From a virus, in the IMG/VR virus record IMGVR_UViG_3300005747_000012, positions 65,268-129,267 of that record: a stretch of DNA of 64,000 nt; one strand, written 5' to 3'. Position numbers and translations under genes: made by a program. The notes under the pieces were generated by a model, which saw only the letters and a program-made list of their open reading frames with translations, ran no database searches and was not told the origin of the DNA. The first letter of the stretch is position 1; each line of letters begins with the position of its first letter. Positions 53,883-63,054 of the stretch are shown here, piece after piece.

Positions 53883-56042
53883 CTAAACCTTCTGAGGTTT
53901 TACATCTTTTCTAACTCTAAGGCCGGGACCTCCTGCCCCCTCCATTTCTCCTGTAATTTGATTTTTAACCTTTCCAGAAGAAGCGTTTGTCCATTTAGTA
54001 TTTCCATTTTCATCAGTGCCTTTTATATAACCATTTTTTACAGTTCCCGGCAAATGACGATGTGTGCGTATTTTTTTAGTTGTTTCTTTTGTTGCAGTAC
54101 CTAATCTGCTTTTTTCCAGTTCTTCATTTTGATATTTTTTTTTTAAAAACTCTTTGAGTTTTTCGGCTTTTTCAATTTTTTTACTTTTTTCTTCATTTTT
54201 ACCTCTGCAATTAAACTTTTTTCTAGCTGAACATAACGGAGAGTGTTTGTCCTCATTGGAACGACAGTCTTTTCCAGAAGCCCTCATTTTTTGATGTGAT
54301 CTAGCACAAAAAGAGCCGTCATTACTTGTTTTTTTAGGTTTTTTCTTTTCTTTTTTGCCGGGAGCTGTTGGTTTTTTTACAGAAATTTTTATTTTTTTAG
54401 AACTTTTTCCTTTTGTTTTAGCTTTAAGTTTTTTTTTAGCCTCTTCTTTCATTTCTTCAATGTCTTTTTCTTCATCAGCTTTTTTTAACCCATTAAGCAT
54501 TTCTGAAACTCTGTGCATTTTATACATAAGCCTTAAAAAGCTTTCATTTTTTTCAATACCCTCTTCTTCCTCTTCTTCTACTGCAAACTCATCAGGATTA
54601 AGTTCTTCTTCACCCTCACCTTCTTCCATTACTGCAAAATCATCAGGATTAAGCTCTTCTTCACCTTCGCCTTCAACCATCATAGCTTCTTCATCAGCTC
54701 CAGCCATATCTTCTTCGACTTCACCATACCCAAATTCTTTGGCCATTTCAATCATAGCCTGAAGTGTAAAAATAAGCGATTGATATAGCTCTGGATTTTC
54801 TTGGGCAATTCCCTCAAGATATTCTCTATTTTGTTTAAAGTTTTGGAGGCTTTCAAAAATTACATCTTTAATAGCTTCATGGTCAAGATTTTCTTCGCCT
54901 TCAATATCAGCAAGGTCATCACCTTCCATCTCTTCTTCAATGGCCATAGCTTCATCTATAACTTCTTCAGGTTCACCCATTTGTTCTTCTATAGCATTAG
55001 AAAGCTCTTCATCTTCTTGAGCTTCATCACCAAAATCACCGGTATCACTATACTCTTCTGTTTCGCCAGACTCAGCCGCCATAGCCTCTTCATGTTCAAC
55101 ATCACCATCATCGTCCAAATCTTCGTCAGGTGTTATTTCCCCATGTTCTTCTTCTTTATCTGGTTGCCCATCAAGGTCAATGTCTTCTTCAGCCGGATTA
55201 TCAGAATCAGCCATATCTTCCATGGCTTCATCTTCAAACACACTTTCTTCATCAGCTTCAATTATATCTTCATCAGCTTCATCTTCTCTATTTTCTTGAG
55301 CATCATGAATAAATTCTTCATCTTCTTCCATTTCTTGTTCATGCTCCGGTTGACCTTCGGCCATTTCTTCAGAACCATAGTCACCATCAACTTCTTCGGC
55401 TGGAACTTCAATTTCTTCAGTTTCTTGACCAGCTTCTTCGGCAGCATCTTTTTCTTCCATTTCTTCTAAATCTGAATAGTAGTCATCAGACTCTTCTAAA
55501 TGGTCAGTAGCAATTTCTTCTGCAATTTCTTCATCATCAGTATGTTCTAACTCATGTTCAGTGCCTTCTTCAAGCTCATCTTGAGGCAAATCTTCTGGTT
55601 CAGTTTCGTCACCAACACCACCTTCTAGTCTTTGAACATCTCCGGTAAGAGATTCTTTCATGGCTCTTTCCATTTCTGGTGAGTAATCCATGATCTGGTC
55701 TTTACCGTTCATTTTGGCGTAAATAAGAGCTTTTGCAGCGTCAGATACATTTTCACCAATACCAATAGAAATAGTAAAACCAGTTTGTTTGGTGTAGGTA
55801 TTTTTAAGCTCTTCTAAATCTTTAATGCTTGATTGTGGGACTTGAAAAATTGCCTCATCGGAGCCACTACTAATAACTTCACCACCATTATACTCAGCCC
55901 ATTGAGAAAATACTTTAACACCGGAGTTGATATTTTCTGAAATTGATGATAAAGAATTAACGTCATTAGAAAGCACGGCATTACCAATACTTTCACCTAC
56001 GTCATCTGTATCTACAGCTACATAAGTCATAAGCTCTTTCAT
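53883..56042 (-). CDS. mCpol (minimal CRISPR polymerase/GGDEF-like) domain + DUF5661-like module + acidic linker + basic tail
   Basis: 'YVAVDTDDVG', 'GGEVISSGSDE', 'TISIGIG...A.KAL..AK..GKDQI'; 'GTEHELEH...IATDHLEE..DYYSDL'. Confidence 0.78.
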   Translation of the reverse strand: MKELMTYVAVDTDDVGESIGNAVLSNDVNSLSSISENINSGVKVFSQWAEYNGGEVISSGSDEAIFQVPQSSIKDLEELKNTYTKQTGFTISIGIGENVSDAAKALIYAKMNGKDQIMDYSPEMERAMKESLTGDVQRLEGGVGDETEPEDLPQDELEEGTEHELEHTDDEEIAEEIATDHLEESDDYYSDLEEMEEKDAAEEAGQETEEIEVPAEEVDGDYGSEEMAEGQPEHEQEMEEDEEFIHDAQENREDEADEDIIEADEESVFEDEAMEDMADSDNPAEEDIDLDGQPDKEEEHGEITPDEDLDDDGDVEHEEAMAAESGETEEYSDTGDFGDEAQEDEELSNAIEEQMGEPEEVIDEAMAIEEEMEGDDLADIEGEENLDHEAIKDVIFESLQNFKQNREYLEGIAQENPELYQSLIFTLQAMIEMAKEFGYGEVEEDMAGADEEAMMVEGEGEEELNPDDFAVMEEGEGEEELNPDEFAVEEEEEEGIEKNESFLRLMYKMHRVSEMLNGLKKADEEKDIEEMKEEAKKKLKAKTKGKSSKKIKISVKKPTAPGKKEKKKPKKTSNDGSFCARSHQKMRASGKDCRSNEDKHSPLCSARKKFNCRGKNEEKSKKIEKAEKLKEFLKKKYQNEELEKSRLGTATKETTKKIRTHRHLPGTVKNGYIKGTDENGNTKWTNASSGKVKNQITGEMEGAGGPGLRVRKDVKPQKV
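54580..54680. repeat. 51 bp tandem duplication (EGEGEEELNPD.FAV twice)
   Basis: Two imperfect copies in the acidic linker. Confidence 0.8.
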
Positions 56043-56044
56043 AT

Positions 56045-56929
56045 TTATTCCTTATTAATATATTTCAATGTATTTAATAGCATTTCAACATTTTCTTTAT
56101 CTATATTTTTTGGAAACCTCATTTTCATATTAGATTCAGTTTTTTTAATCTTAATATTTTTATTCCAATCTTCGCCATAACATATACAAAGCGTTAAATT
56201 TTTGCCGCCATCGTATAAACTAGTTCCACAATCAGGACACCCAATTGTTTCTCTTTTTTCAATCTCAGTTTCTCTTTGTACTTCTTTGGCTTTTTGTTTG
56301 TCTAGAAAATTTTTAAGTTTTTCTGATTTTGTCTCTTTTTTTAAATATTTTTCTTCAGTTTCTTCTGTTTTAGCCGTAGCAAGAGCTTGAGCAATTTTTT
56401 CTTTAACCAAAATTTCAACAGCATCTCTGTGGCTAAGTTTTTGGTCAACAACTTTTGAAATTAAAGAGTGTAACATTAATCTATCATCAATAATTTGTTG
56501 CAATTTACTTACGTCAAATGTTTTTTCTTCTTCTTTTTTTGTATTTTTTAAATCTTCAACATCATATAATTCAAATGTTGTCATTAACACAAGGCCAATA
56601 CCCGGTATTGATCTGTTTTTAAATTCATTTATTTTTTGACCTTTTGAATAAATATATCCTTGAAATGTATCTTGATCTTTTTTTGTTACCTGCATATAGC
56701 AATCAGGAGCAAAAGGTAATTCTAAATTTTTATTTTCATCAACCATTAAATTTGTTAAATTTTGAATTAAAAATGACATTACTGTTCTTGGAACTATTTT
56801 TAATCCAGTAGAAAATTCGTTTATGCTAGTAGCATTTCTGTTGTACATTTTGTACACATCAGATTTCTGAAGAACTTCAAAAAAATCTTTTCCTAACATA
56901 GTTTTAACTAATTCATCTGGTTTATTCAT
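56045..56929 (-). CDS. hypothetical protein with C-terminal zinc ribbon
   Basis: CPDC...CIC; shares the KSEKL.NFL.K motif. Confidence 0.7.
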   Translation of the reverse strand: MNKPDELVKTMLGKDFFEVLQKSDVYKMYNRNATSINEFSTGLKIVPRTVMSFLIQNLTNLMVDENKNLELPFAPDCYMQVTKKDQDTFQGYIYSKGQKINEFKNRSIPGIGLVLMTTFELYDVEDLKNTKKEEEKTFDVSKLQQIIDDRLMLHSLISKVVDQKLSHRDAVEILVKEKIAQALATAKTEETEEKYLKKETKSEKLKNFLDKQKAKEVQRETEIEKRETIGCPDCGTSLYDGGKNLTLCICYGEDWNKNIKIKKTESNMKMRFPKNIDKENVEMLLNTLKYINKE

Positions 56930-56938
56930 TTCTTATCT

Positions 56939-57331
56939 CTATGGATTTGCTCTTTTTTGTGTGTCATCTCTAAGAACATAAAGATGAATATCAGCAGTTC
57001 CAATAATATATTTATAATCTGCTGCCGAAATTTTTGTGTAAACCTGCCCAAAAACTGGAAAAGTATTTGCTGATGGCGCAATACCTGTAGTGATGGTGTT
57101 GTCATCGCCAAGAGTTGCATACCCAAGACCTGTGGTTGCTTTAAAAAGAAAAAGCTGATCGCCGGGGCATATTTTTGTGGCTACAGTAGTTGCGCTAACA
57201 TATTCTAAAGCAGGACCAACTTCAAAGTTTTTTTGGGCACCAGCAAATTCGTTATATTCAATGTTATCAATAGTATGGCTATCTTCAACATTTCTTCCGT
57301 CTAATCTTCTTCTAAAAATTTTATTAAGCAT
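56939..57331 (-). CDS. putative virion protein
   Basis: 130 aa, GAGG RBS, beta-rich. Confidence 0.6.
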   Translation of the reverse strand: MLNKIFRRRLDGRNVEDSHTIDNIEYNEFAGAQKNFEVGPALEYVSATTVATKICPGDQLFLFKATTGLGYATLGDDNTITTGIAPSANTFPVFGQVYTKISAADYKYIIGTADIHLYVLRDDTQKRANP

Positions 57332-57344
57332 AAAAACCTCTATA

Positions 57345-58214
57345 TTAACTATCTTTATCTATTTTAATTTTATATTCATTTGGCACAGGTATTGCTTGTT
57401 TTGGTTCTTCAATATCCCTAACTCTTTTTCTTGACCCCTGATCTTCGGCAACATCATTGTTTTGATTATAATAAACATACTCTCTTTGAATAATTGCACT
57501 GTACTGCATACGCTCAGGAAATGTTTTGCCATTTTCATCAACTCCCTGAGTAACCCTTACTTCATTTGGTATTTCTGTAATGTACCAATGTGCATTGTAT
57601 TTATATCTCATAGAATAAATTCTTCCCTTGCCAGTTTCAACATCTATGCCCGGATTATCTTTTCCATCAATCCATTTTATATGGCCATCTTGAATTTTAA
57701 AATGATACCCAAATTTATATTCTTTTTTTTGGCTATCAATTAAATGCTGCACTGATTCAACAGGAAATTGTGCTCTGTCTAATCCACCGGGGTTATACTG
57801 CATTCTTTGGTAGTTTGAAACAAGAGTTTTTTTTCCTTTTATAAAAACCCTATCTCCCGGTGCCAAATGAATTTCTTCTTTATCATCAATATTTTTTTTA
57901 GTATAAAATCTTGGTATTAACAGTCTAGCAGTAGAATAATCTACAACACCTCCAGCACTTGGTCTTTTACTTTTAGAATTTGATACTATTGCAGCAGTAA
58001 AACACCCAGCCAGTTTGTAAATCATACCGTTTGAAGTAATTATATCGTAATCATCACTTCTTCTGTAGTCACCTCTATCTTTTAAACCAACTGGTGAAGG
58101 TATTGCTACCCAATGTTCAAACTCAACACCATGGCTTTTAATAAACTGATCTTGAGAATCTAAGTTTATCCCAACTTCTTGTAATGGAAATGGTATTTTT
58201 GTTTTTTTAACCAT
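57345..58214 (-). CDS. putative neck/head-closure protein
   Basis: 'FIKSHGVEFEHW.A.P.P', 'LAPGDRV', 'YSMRYKY..HWYI'; structural context. Confidence 0.55.
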   Translation of the reverse strand: MVKKTKIPFPLQEVGINLDSQDQFIKSHGVEFEHWVAIPSPVGLKDRGDYRRSDDYDIITSNGMIYKLAGCFTAAIVSNSKSKRPSAGGVVDYSTARLLIPRFYTKKNIDDKEEIHLAPGDRVFIKGKKTLVSNYQRMQYNPGGLDRAQFPVESVQHLIDSQKKEYKFGYHFKIQDGHIKWIDGKDNPGIDVETGKGRIYSMRYKYNAHWYITEIPNEVRVTQGVDENGKTFPERMQYSAIIQREYVYYNQNNDVAEDQGSRKRVRDIEEPKQAIPVPNEYKIKIDKDS

Positions 58215-58221
58215 TTTAAAC

Positions 58222-58758
58222 CTAAAAATTTTCTTTAATTATCAAGCTATTTTCTTTGGCATATTCTTTAATTGTTTTTTCAAGACTTTTACTAATTTCT
58301 TTTTTGTTTAAGTTTTTAAGTCTAGCGGCATTTTTCTCAGTTTTTTTAAGAGTAATTTCACCACCATTTTCACTTGCTTGAATTGAAAAAATTTCAAAAT
58401 TATGTTTGGTAATTTTAAACTCAATTTCTTCATTTTTTTTAATTGCAAAAATATTAAGCCCTAGAACAACTTTGTCAGCCGAGCTTAGGTTGTGAGAGTA
58501 TTCTTTAACAAAAGGAATTGGTTCACCTTCATTTTTACTCATGGTTTGCTCAAATTTGTCATTAAATTTTTTAGAAATTTGATGGGAAACTAAGGCTGGA
58601 TGTGATCCGACAGCTAAAATATCTGAATTTTTGCTATTTTTAGCTTTTTTACCCAAACCAATGTGAAAACCGCCCTTTAGGGTGACAAGTTTGACCTCAG
58701 AACCATTCAAAGTACCAAGTTTTTTAACTTCTTTGATTTCGTCTTTTTTAATTTCCAC
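58222..58758 (-). CDS. hypothetical protein
   Basis: GTG start, AGGAG RBS, late motif upstream. Confidence 0.7.
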   Translation of the reverse strand: MEIKKDEIKEVKKLGTLNGSEVKLVTLKGGFHIGLGKKAKNSKNSDILAVGSHPALVSHQISKKFNDKFEQTMSKNEGEPIPFVKEYSHNLSSADKVVLGLNIFAIKKNEEIEFKITKHNFEIFSIQASENGGEITLKKTEKNAARLKNLNKKEISKSLEKTIKEYAKENSLIIKENF

Positions 58759-58777
58759 AGCGTTCTCCTTTACAATA

Positions 58778-58786
58778 TAAAGATTA
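58778..58786 (-). promoter_or_regulatory. putative late promoter (TAATCTTTA)
   Basis: Exact motif heading the operon that contains the mCpol gene. Confidence 0.65.
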
Positions 58787-58819
58787 TTTCAGATATTTTC
58801 TAAATAAACATTTGATTAT

Positions 58820-59077
58820 TCAAATATAAAACTCGTCAACATCTTGAAATTGTTTGTTTATAAAACGCTGCATGTCAAAAGCCTCAAAAACTCTAGATGA
58901 TTTTTCTGCTTCAAATATTTTTAATTTTAACTTTAATATTTTCAAACATTTAGAGTTTTTTTCTGATCTCATTGAGTTTTCCAAAACCATAATAGAAAAA
59001 GCTAAATCACACCATTCACTATCTTTAGCTTTTTTGGTGTATTCTTTTAATAATAGTTTTTTATCTTTACTGTCCAT
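58820..59077 (-). CDS. hypothetical protein
   Basis: 85 aa, overlaps the MazG stop. Confidence 0.55.
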   Translation of the reverse strand: MDSKDKKLLLKEYTKKAKDSEWCDLAFSIMVLENSMRSEKNSKCLKILKLKLKIFEAEKSSRVFEAFDMQRFINKQFQDVDEFYI

Positions 59078-59498
59078 TTTCTAGGATTTTTCTCTCCCTA
59101 ACCAAATTTCTATTTTCGGCTTTTTCTTCTGTAAATTTTTCAGGATATCGGGCTTTTAGTTTATCTATGTTTGTTTGCATAACTGCTTCAAAATCCGTAC
59201 CTAAAGCCTCAAGAGCAATAGCACAATACCAGAGCAAGTCTCCAATCTCTTCTTTAAGATTGGTCGTATCTAACTCTCTGCCATAGAAAATATGTTTTTT
59301 GAGTGCATCTTGGAATTCGCCGGATTCAGTAACAAGACCCATAGAGGCGTGAAGAAGGTCTTGCATTTTATCTCTTGATGGATTTTCGTTAAATGTTACA
59401 ATTTCTTTTGGATGATGGCCATTGACTCTTGCAAAAACACCTTTTCGGTCTGGGCCATTAGTTCTAAGTGCTGATTTTTGATAAGTTTTGTTGTCCAT
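59067..59498 (-). CDS. MazG-like nucleotide pyrophosphohydrolase
   Basis: 'GLVTESGEF.D..KK', 'EEIGDLLWY', 'NIDKLKARYP'; start MDNKTY with AGGAG RBS. Confidence 0.9.
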   Translation of the reverse strand: MDNKTYQKSALRTNGPDRKGVFARVNGHHPKEIVTFNENPSRDKMQDLLHASMGLVTESGEFQDALKKHIFYGRELDTTNLKEEIGDLLWYCAIALEALGTDFEAVMQTNIDKLKARYPEKFTEEKAENRNLVRERKILENGQ

Positions 59499-59515
59499 AG
59501 AATCTCCTTTTATAT

Positions 59516-59524
59516 ATAATATCA
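59516..59524 (-). promoter_or_regulatory. extended -10 promoter (TGATATTAT)
   Basis: Recurring motif. Confidence 0.65.
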
Positions 59525-60532
59525 CTATTCTGGAGATTGAGCAACATAAGGAGTTTTTTCAAGATTTTTACGGTTTTTAATAAATTTTTGAGTATAATCG
59601 TGGTTTTTGTAATTTTTATGAGTTGTTTCAAAATGTTTATTAGTCAAATTATGTCCTTGATTCCAAGAATATGCCATTCGTGTTTCATTTCCACCGTGCT
59701 TATCGTAAAGATGATTTGCCATATAATTTGCAATTTGTTCTTCGTGTTTTGGATTTTTATTTATTTTTTCTGCAATTTCATTATTTTTCATTTTTGAATA
59801 ACGATAATAAGGGCTGTCTTTACCCATTCTACCAGCCATTTCCTTAATTGTATTTGGCATTAAACCATATTTTCCAATAGCTGCATCGCCAGCATGGATA
59901 CCGTGTTTTATTGTCTCATGGTCAGTATTAATGCCACCAGAACTTTCATTCATAGAAATAGCTTTTAAAAAATCTCTAATTTGATTTGCACGAAAACTTG
60001 TGTTTGAAGAAGATTGTATTTTAGGCTTTTCTATTTGCTTAGAAGCAATTGACCGTTCTTGAGTTGGAGGGTTAAGTTGCTCTTGAGTTGGCTCTTGTGG
60101 ACTCATGTAATGGGAGCCGGTAATTAGGCTTAAGAGACTAATTCCATTTTTAAATGCTCTAGTAATGTTTTTTTCAAGAAGTTCAGGATTAACATTTTGA
60201 AATTCTTGACATTTTTTTATAACTAATTCTTTAAGCATATCTTTTGCCTCTTTATGTGAAATTTGTTTTTCTGAAGCTGCGAGTTTGGGTATAGAACTAA
60301 CTGGTGGTAAACCTAAGTGGTCTGTAACATTAGGTTTTTTTTTAGCATCTGCCGGAAGTGCTGGAGGTAAGTTTGCTGCTCTAAGATTGATTTTTTCATT
60401 TGGGCTATACATATCACCTTCTACTTTTTGCCTTTCTTGAGCTGGAACATTAGTTTCAGGATTAAACTTTATCCTTCTCTGACGAGAACCTTTTTCTAAT
60501 CTCTCAATTTGTTCCAGAAGTGACTTGTACAT
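59525..60532 (-). CDS. protein with C-terminal lytic transglycosylase/lysozyme-like domain
   Basis: 'ISMNESSGG', 'AIGKYGLMP', 'AYSWNQG'; likely leaderless start. Confidence 0.8.
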   Translation of the reverse strand: MYKSLLEQIERLEKGSRQRRIKFNPETNVPAQERQKVEGDMYSPNEKINLRAANLPPALPADAKKKPNVTDHLGLPPVSSIPKLAASEKQISHKEAKDMLKELVIKKCQEFQNVNPELLEKNITRAFKNGISLLSLITGSHYMSPQEPTQEQLNPPTQERSIASKQIEKPKIQSSSNTSFRANQIRDFLKAISMNESSGGINTDHETIKHGIHAGDAAIGKYGLMPNTIKEMAGRMGKDSPYYRYSKMKNNEIAEKINKNPKHEEQIANYMANHLYDKHGGNETRMAYSWNQGHNLTNKHFETTHKNYKNHDYTQKFIKNRKNLEKTPYVAQSPE

Positions 60533-60538
60533 AATAGT

Positions 60539-60547
60539 ATAGTATCA
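60539..60547 (-). promoter_or_regulatory. extended -10 promoter (TGATACTAT)
   Basis: 6 nt before ATG 60532. Confidence 0.65.
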
Positions 60548-61378
60548 CTAAATATTGCTTACAAAATATTTGTTATAAAATATTTTTTTGATTTTTTTTA
60601 CATGCTCTTCTTTTTTAGCCGTAAGTTCCCCAATTCTAGTTTGGTAGACAGCCGGACCCGGATTTGAACTAGATTGAGAAATACCATCGTGTGATACTGA
60701 TACACTCGTATTAATATTTTGAGCACCTAAATTACCTAAAATTTCAATTGCAGCAATTACGCCAACAAGTTCATTTACAACCATTGGAATCTGACCTTCT
60801 TCGGCACATACACCAATAGTATATTCTACTTCCCAATAAGAAGGGACCCAATTAATTCCCCCGTTCATAGCAGCAATAAAAGCCAATCCAGCCGCCCCTG
60901 TAGGCTGACCTGAAGAAACTCCAGTTGCTCCAACAACTGTTAATGGAATTACATTTACTTGTTTTTGAAAAAAACGAGCTGCCTCAATCCAATCTGGCGG
61001 TATTTCAAAAATATTTTTGTTATTAGAACTTTGAATCGAGAGTTTGTCAATTTGAATAATAGGACCTTTATTTGTCATAATATGAATAAAACTTCTATAT
61101 AACTCTCTATCAAACGGATGTTTTTCTTTAATTTTTATGGGTGTAAGTGGAACATCAATTAAAATTTCAGTTTCACTCATGGCTAAGTTAATTTTGTCTT
61201 TTAAATCATCGTCATTATATTGAGAAAGATCAATACCTTTTAAATATCTTGAAGTCAATTTTTCAGGTGTTAAAATTGGCTCAACTCTTTTAATTAAATT
61301 ACTAATTTTATTGGCTAAGACCGGATATGTCTTGTTCCCATACCCTTTGGGGTAATCTTGTTCAGATATAAATGCCAT
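60548..61378 (-). CDS. putative head-tail adaptor (neck) protein
   Basis: 'WEVEYTIG...IP..VNELVG..AA', 'SVSVSHDGISQS'; start MAFISEQ (TAATG overlap). Confidence 0.65.
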   Translation of the reverse strand: MAFISEQDYPKGYGNKTYPVLANKISNLIKRVEPILTPEKLTSRYLKGIDLSQYNDDDLKDKINLAMSETEILIDVPLTPIKIKEKHPFDRELYRSFIHIMTNKGPIIQIDKLSIQSSNNKNIFEIPPDWIEAARFFQKQVNVIPLTVVGATGVSSGQPTGAAGLAFIAAMNGGINWVPSYWEVEYTIGVCAEEGQIPMVVNELVGVIAAIEILGNLGAQNINTSVSVSHDGISQSSSNPGPAVYQTRIGELTAKKEEHVKKIKKIFYNKYFVSNI

Positions 61379-62070
61379 TAACAACCCCCTTTTTTGAAAT
61401 AGTCAAAATTAGTATTGTTTTTACTTGGATTTGAAAGTTTCCAACTTAAAGTAACTCTTTTTATGTTATTTTTTTTGGCAGCCTCGCTAATAGAGTTAAA
61501 TATTTTGCCAGTTTTTTTATTTATAATTTTTTTATGATGATTACCAATCCAAGGTTTGCTTTTATTTGGCTCTTTAGTCCATCTAAAATTTGTATTATTT
61601 CTATCTCTACCTGATAACTTGTTAGTTAAGCTTTTATAATTCATGCCGCATTCCAAAGCACATTCTTTTGCAGAACTCCATTGTTTTCCAGTTTTTATAT
61701 TAATAACTTTTTTTTGGTTAGGGTTTTCTTTCCTTTTCTTGGCTATCTTACTTAGTTTTTGCTTAGTTTTGTCGGTTAATTTAGAGTTTAAACCTCCAAA
61801 CCTATTATTGTAACCGATATTTCTGTCTAAACTATTGTATTTATGTATTAATAACCATTCTTGGTAGTTTAACTCTGTGATATTATTGGCACCACCTATT
61901 TCTTCAATAGTAAAATTTTCAATCCCGTATTTTCTCATGGCTTTATGTATAGTCATATTTGATTTTTTAGAATCTGATTTATGTTGTGACCATCTTTTTT
62001 TTAGACATTGTATAGTTTGTCCTATGTAAACCTTTCCATTAATTTTATTTGTTATTTTATAAATTAACAT
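61378..62070 (-). CDS. GIY-YIG homing endonuclease with NUMOD1-like repeats
   Basis: 'IYKITN..NGKVYIGQT', 'RKYGIENF', 'GYN', two 'TGK.[WF].S..E.A' HTH repeats. Confidence 0.9.
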   Translation of the reverse strand: MLIYKITNKINGKVYIGQTIQCLKKRWSQHKSDSKKSNMTIHKAMRKYGIENFTIEEIGGANNITELNYQEWLLIHKYNSLDRNIGYNNRFGGLNSKLTDKTKQKLSKIAKKRKENPNQKKVINIKTGKQWSSAKECALECGMNYKSLTNKLSGRDRNNTNFRWTKEPNKSKPWIGNHHKKIINKKTGKIFNSISEAAKKNNIKRVTLSWKLSNPSKNNTNFDYFKKGGC

Positions 62071-62453
62071 CCACCACTCTCCAAGAGATCAACTACAATT
62101 GCTTGGTCTACTTTAAATTTGCTTTCAACACCGTCTTCTGTAATAGAAAATTTAACAGCTCCAGAATTTGGAACTTCATTAGCGTCAAGATCAATATACC
62201 ACACTGATTTGTCATCTGCCCATGCTTGAGTTGCAGACTTTACAATTTCTGTAGTTTCATCAATGCTTAAAAATGTTACTGTCACTGAATCAATTAAGGT
62301 AGCTTGGCTTAAATACCTTAAGTCATTTTTTAGCTTGTCAACTATTTGAAAATACAGACGTTGAGCAGAACCTTCTGCAATATCCCATTGTGATACATAT
62401 TGAAAACAATTGACATTTGCTACATTTTTTAATAACTTAGCTGATAACTTCAT
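62064..62453 (-). CDS. putative virion protein
   Basis: 129 aa beta-rich, AGGAG RBS, late motif upstream. Confidence 0.65.
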   Translation of the reverse strand: MKLSAKLLKNVANVNCFQYVSQWDIAEGSAQRLYFQIVDKLKNDLRYLSQATLIDSVTVTFLSIDETTEIVKSATQAWADDKSVWYIDLDANEVPNSGAVKFSITEDGVESKFKVDQAIVVDLLESGGC

Positions 62454-62471
62454 AAAAAACTCCTATCATAC

Positions 62472-62480
62472 TAAAGATTA
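62472..62480 (-). promoter_or_regulatory. putative late promoter (TAATCTTTA)
   Basis: Exact motif, back-to-back with a plus-strand TGATACTAT promoter. Confidence 0.65.
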
Positions 62481-62491
62481 TGACGATTATA

Positions 62492-62500
62492 TGATACTAT
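62492..62500 (+). promoter_or_regulatory. extended -10 promoter (TGATACTAT)
   Basis: 6 nt before GTG 62507. Confidence 0.65.
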
Positions 62501-62506
62501 ATATGT

Positions 62507-63052
62507 GTGAAAAGAAAAATAAGATGTATATATATTGATGGAATTGAAAAAAGTGGTAAAACCTCTGTTACAAGAGAAATACGCAGATTTTTAAAAGAAA
62601 AAGACAAAGACCTTTGTGAAATTTACGGCATTAAAAATTATCAAGACCGTCTTAATATGCAGGATAAAATTTTAAATGATAACAACAACTCTTTTGTTTT
62701 GAAAGAGGGTTCCCTTATGCAAGTTTTTTACGATTATGTAAAGCGTGATTTTGGCCCTTCCACCCTTGAAAAAGATTTTAGTTCACTTGTCAGAAAAGAA
62801 AAAGAAATTAATCACAATTTTGGTGCCGCACATTTTTTCTTAATTCCTGAAGATGAATTTGCTTTAGACAGAGTTTTTAAAGAAAAAAAACCTCATTACG
62901 TAATGAATATACTAAATTTTTACAAGAATATCAATCTATATACCTTGACACAAGGTCTTGATATTAGGTTGATATTCTTTAATGAGCACGATAAAATATA
63001 CGATGTTAGAGATAAAATATTAAAATTATTAAAAAATAATTATGAAATTTAA
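62507..63052 (+). CDS. thymidylate-kinase-like P-loop nucleotide kinase
   Basis: 'IYIDGIEKSGKTS' N-terminal P-loop. Confidence 0.65.
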   Translation: MKRKIRCIYIDGIEKSGKTSVTREIRRFLKEKDKDLCEIYGIKNYQDRLNMQDKILNDNNNSFVLKEGSLMQVFYDYVKRDFGPSTLEKDFSSLVRKEKEINHNFGAAHFFLIPEDEFALDRVFKEKKPHYVMNILNFYKNINLYTLTQGLDIRLIFFNEHDKIYDVRDKILKLLKNNYEI

Positions 63053-63054
63053 TC

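Noticed and set aside
56926-57126. 66 aa minus-strand ORF overlapping 56939-57331
   Set aside because: Alternative frame nested in a better-supported gene
20-59797. Numerous plus-strand ORFs in the track (e.g. 20-379, 54355-54762, 54801-55469)
   Set aside because: F/S/L-rich antisense shadows of K/E-rich minus-strand genes, without RBS; only 29208-29627, 62507-63052 and 63911-end are credible
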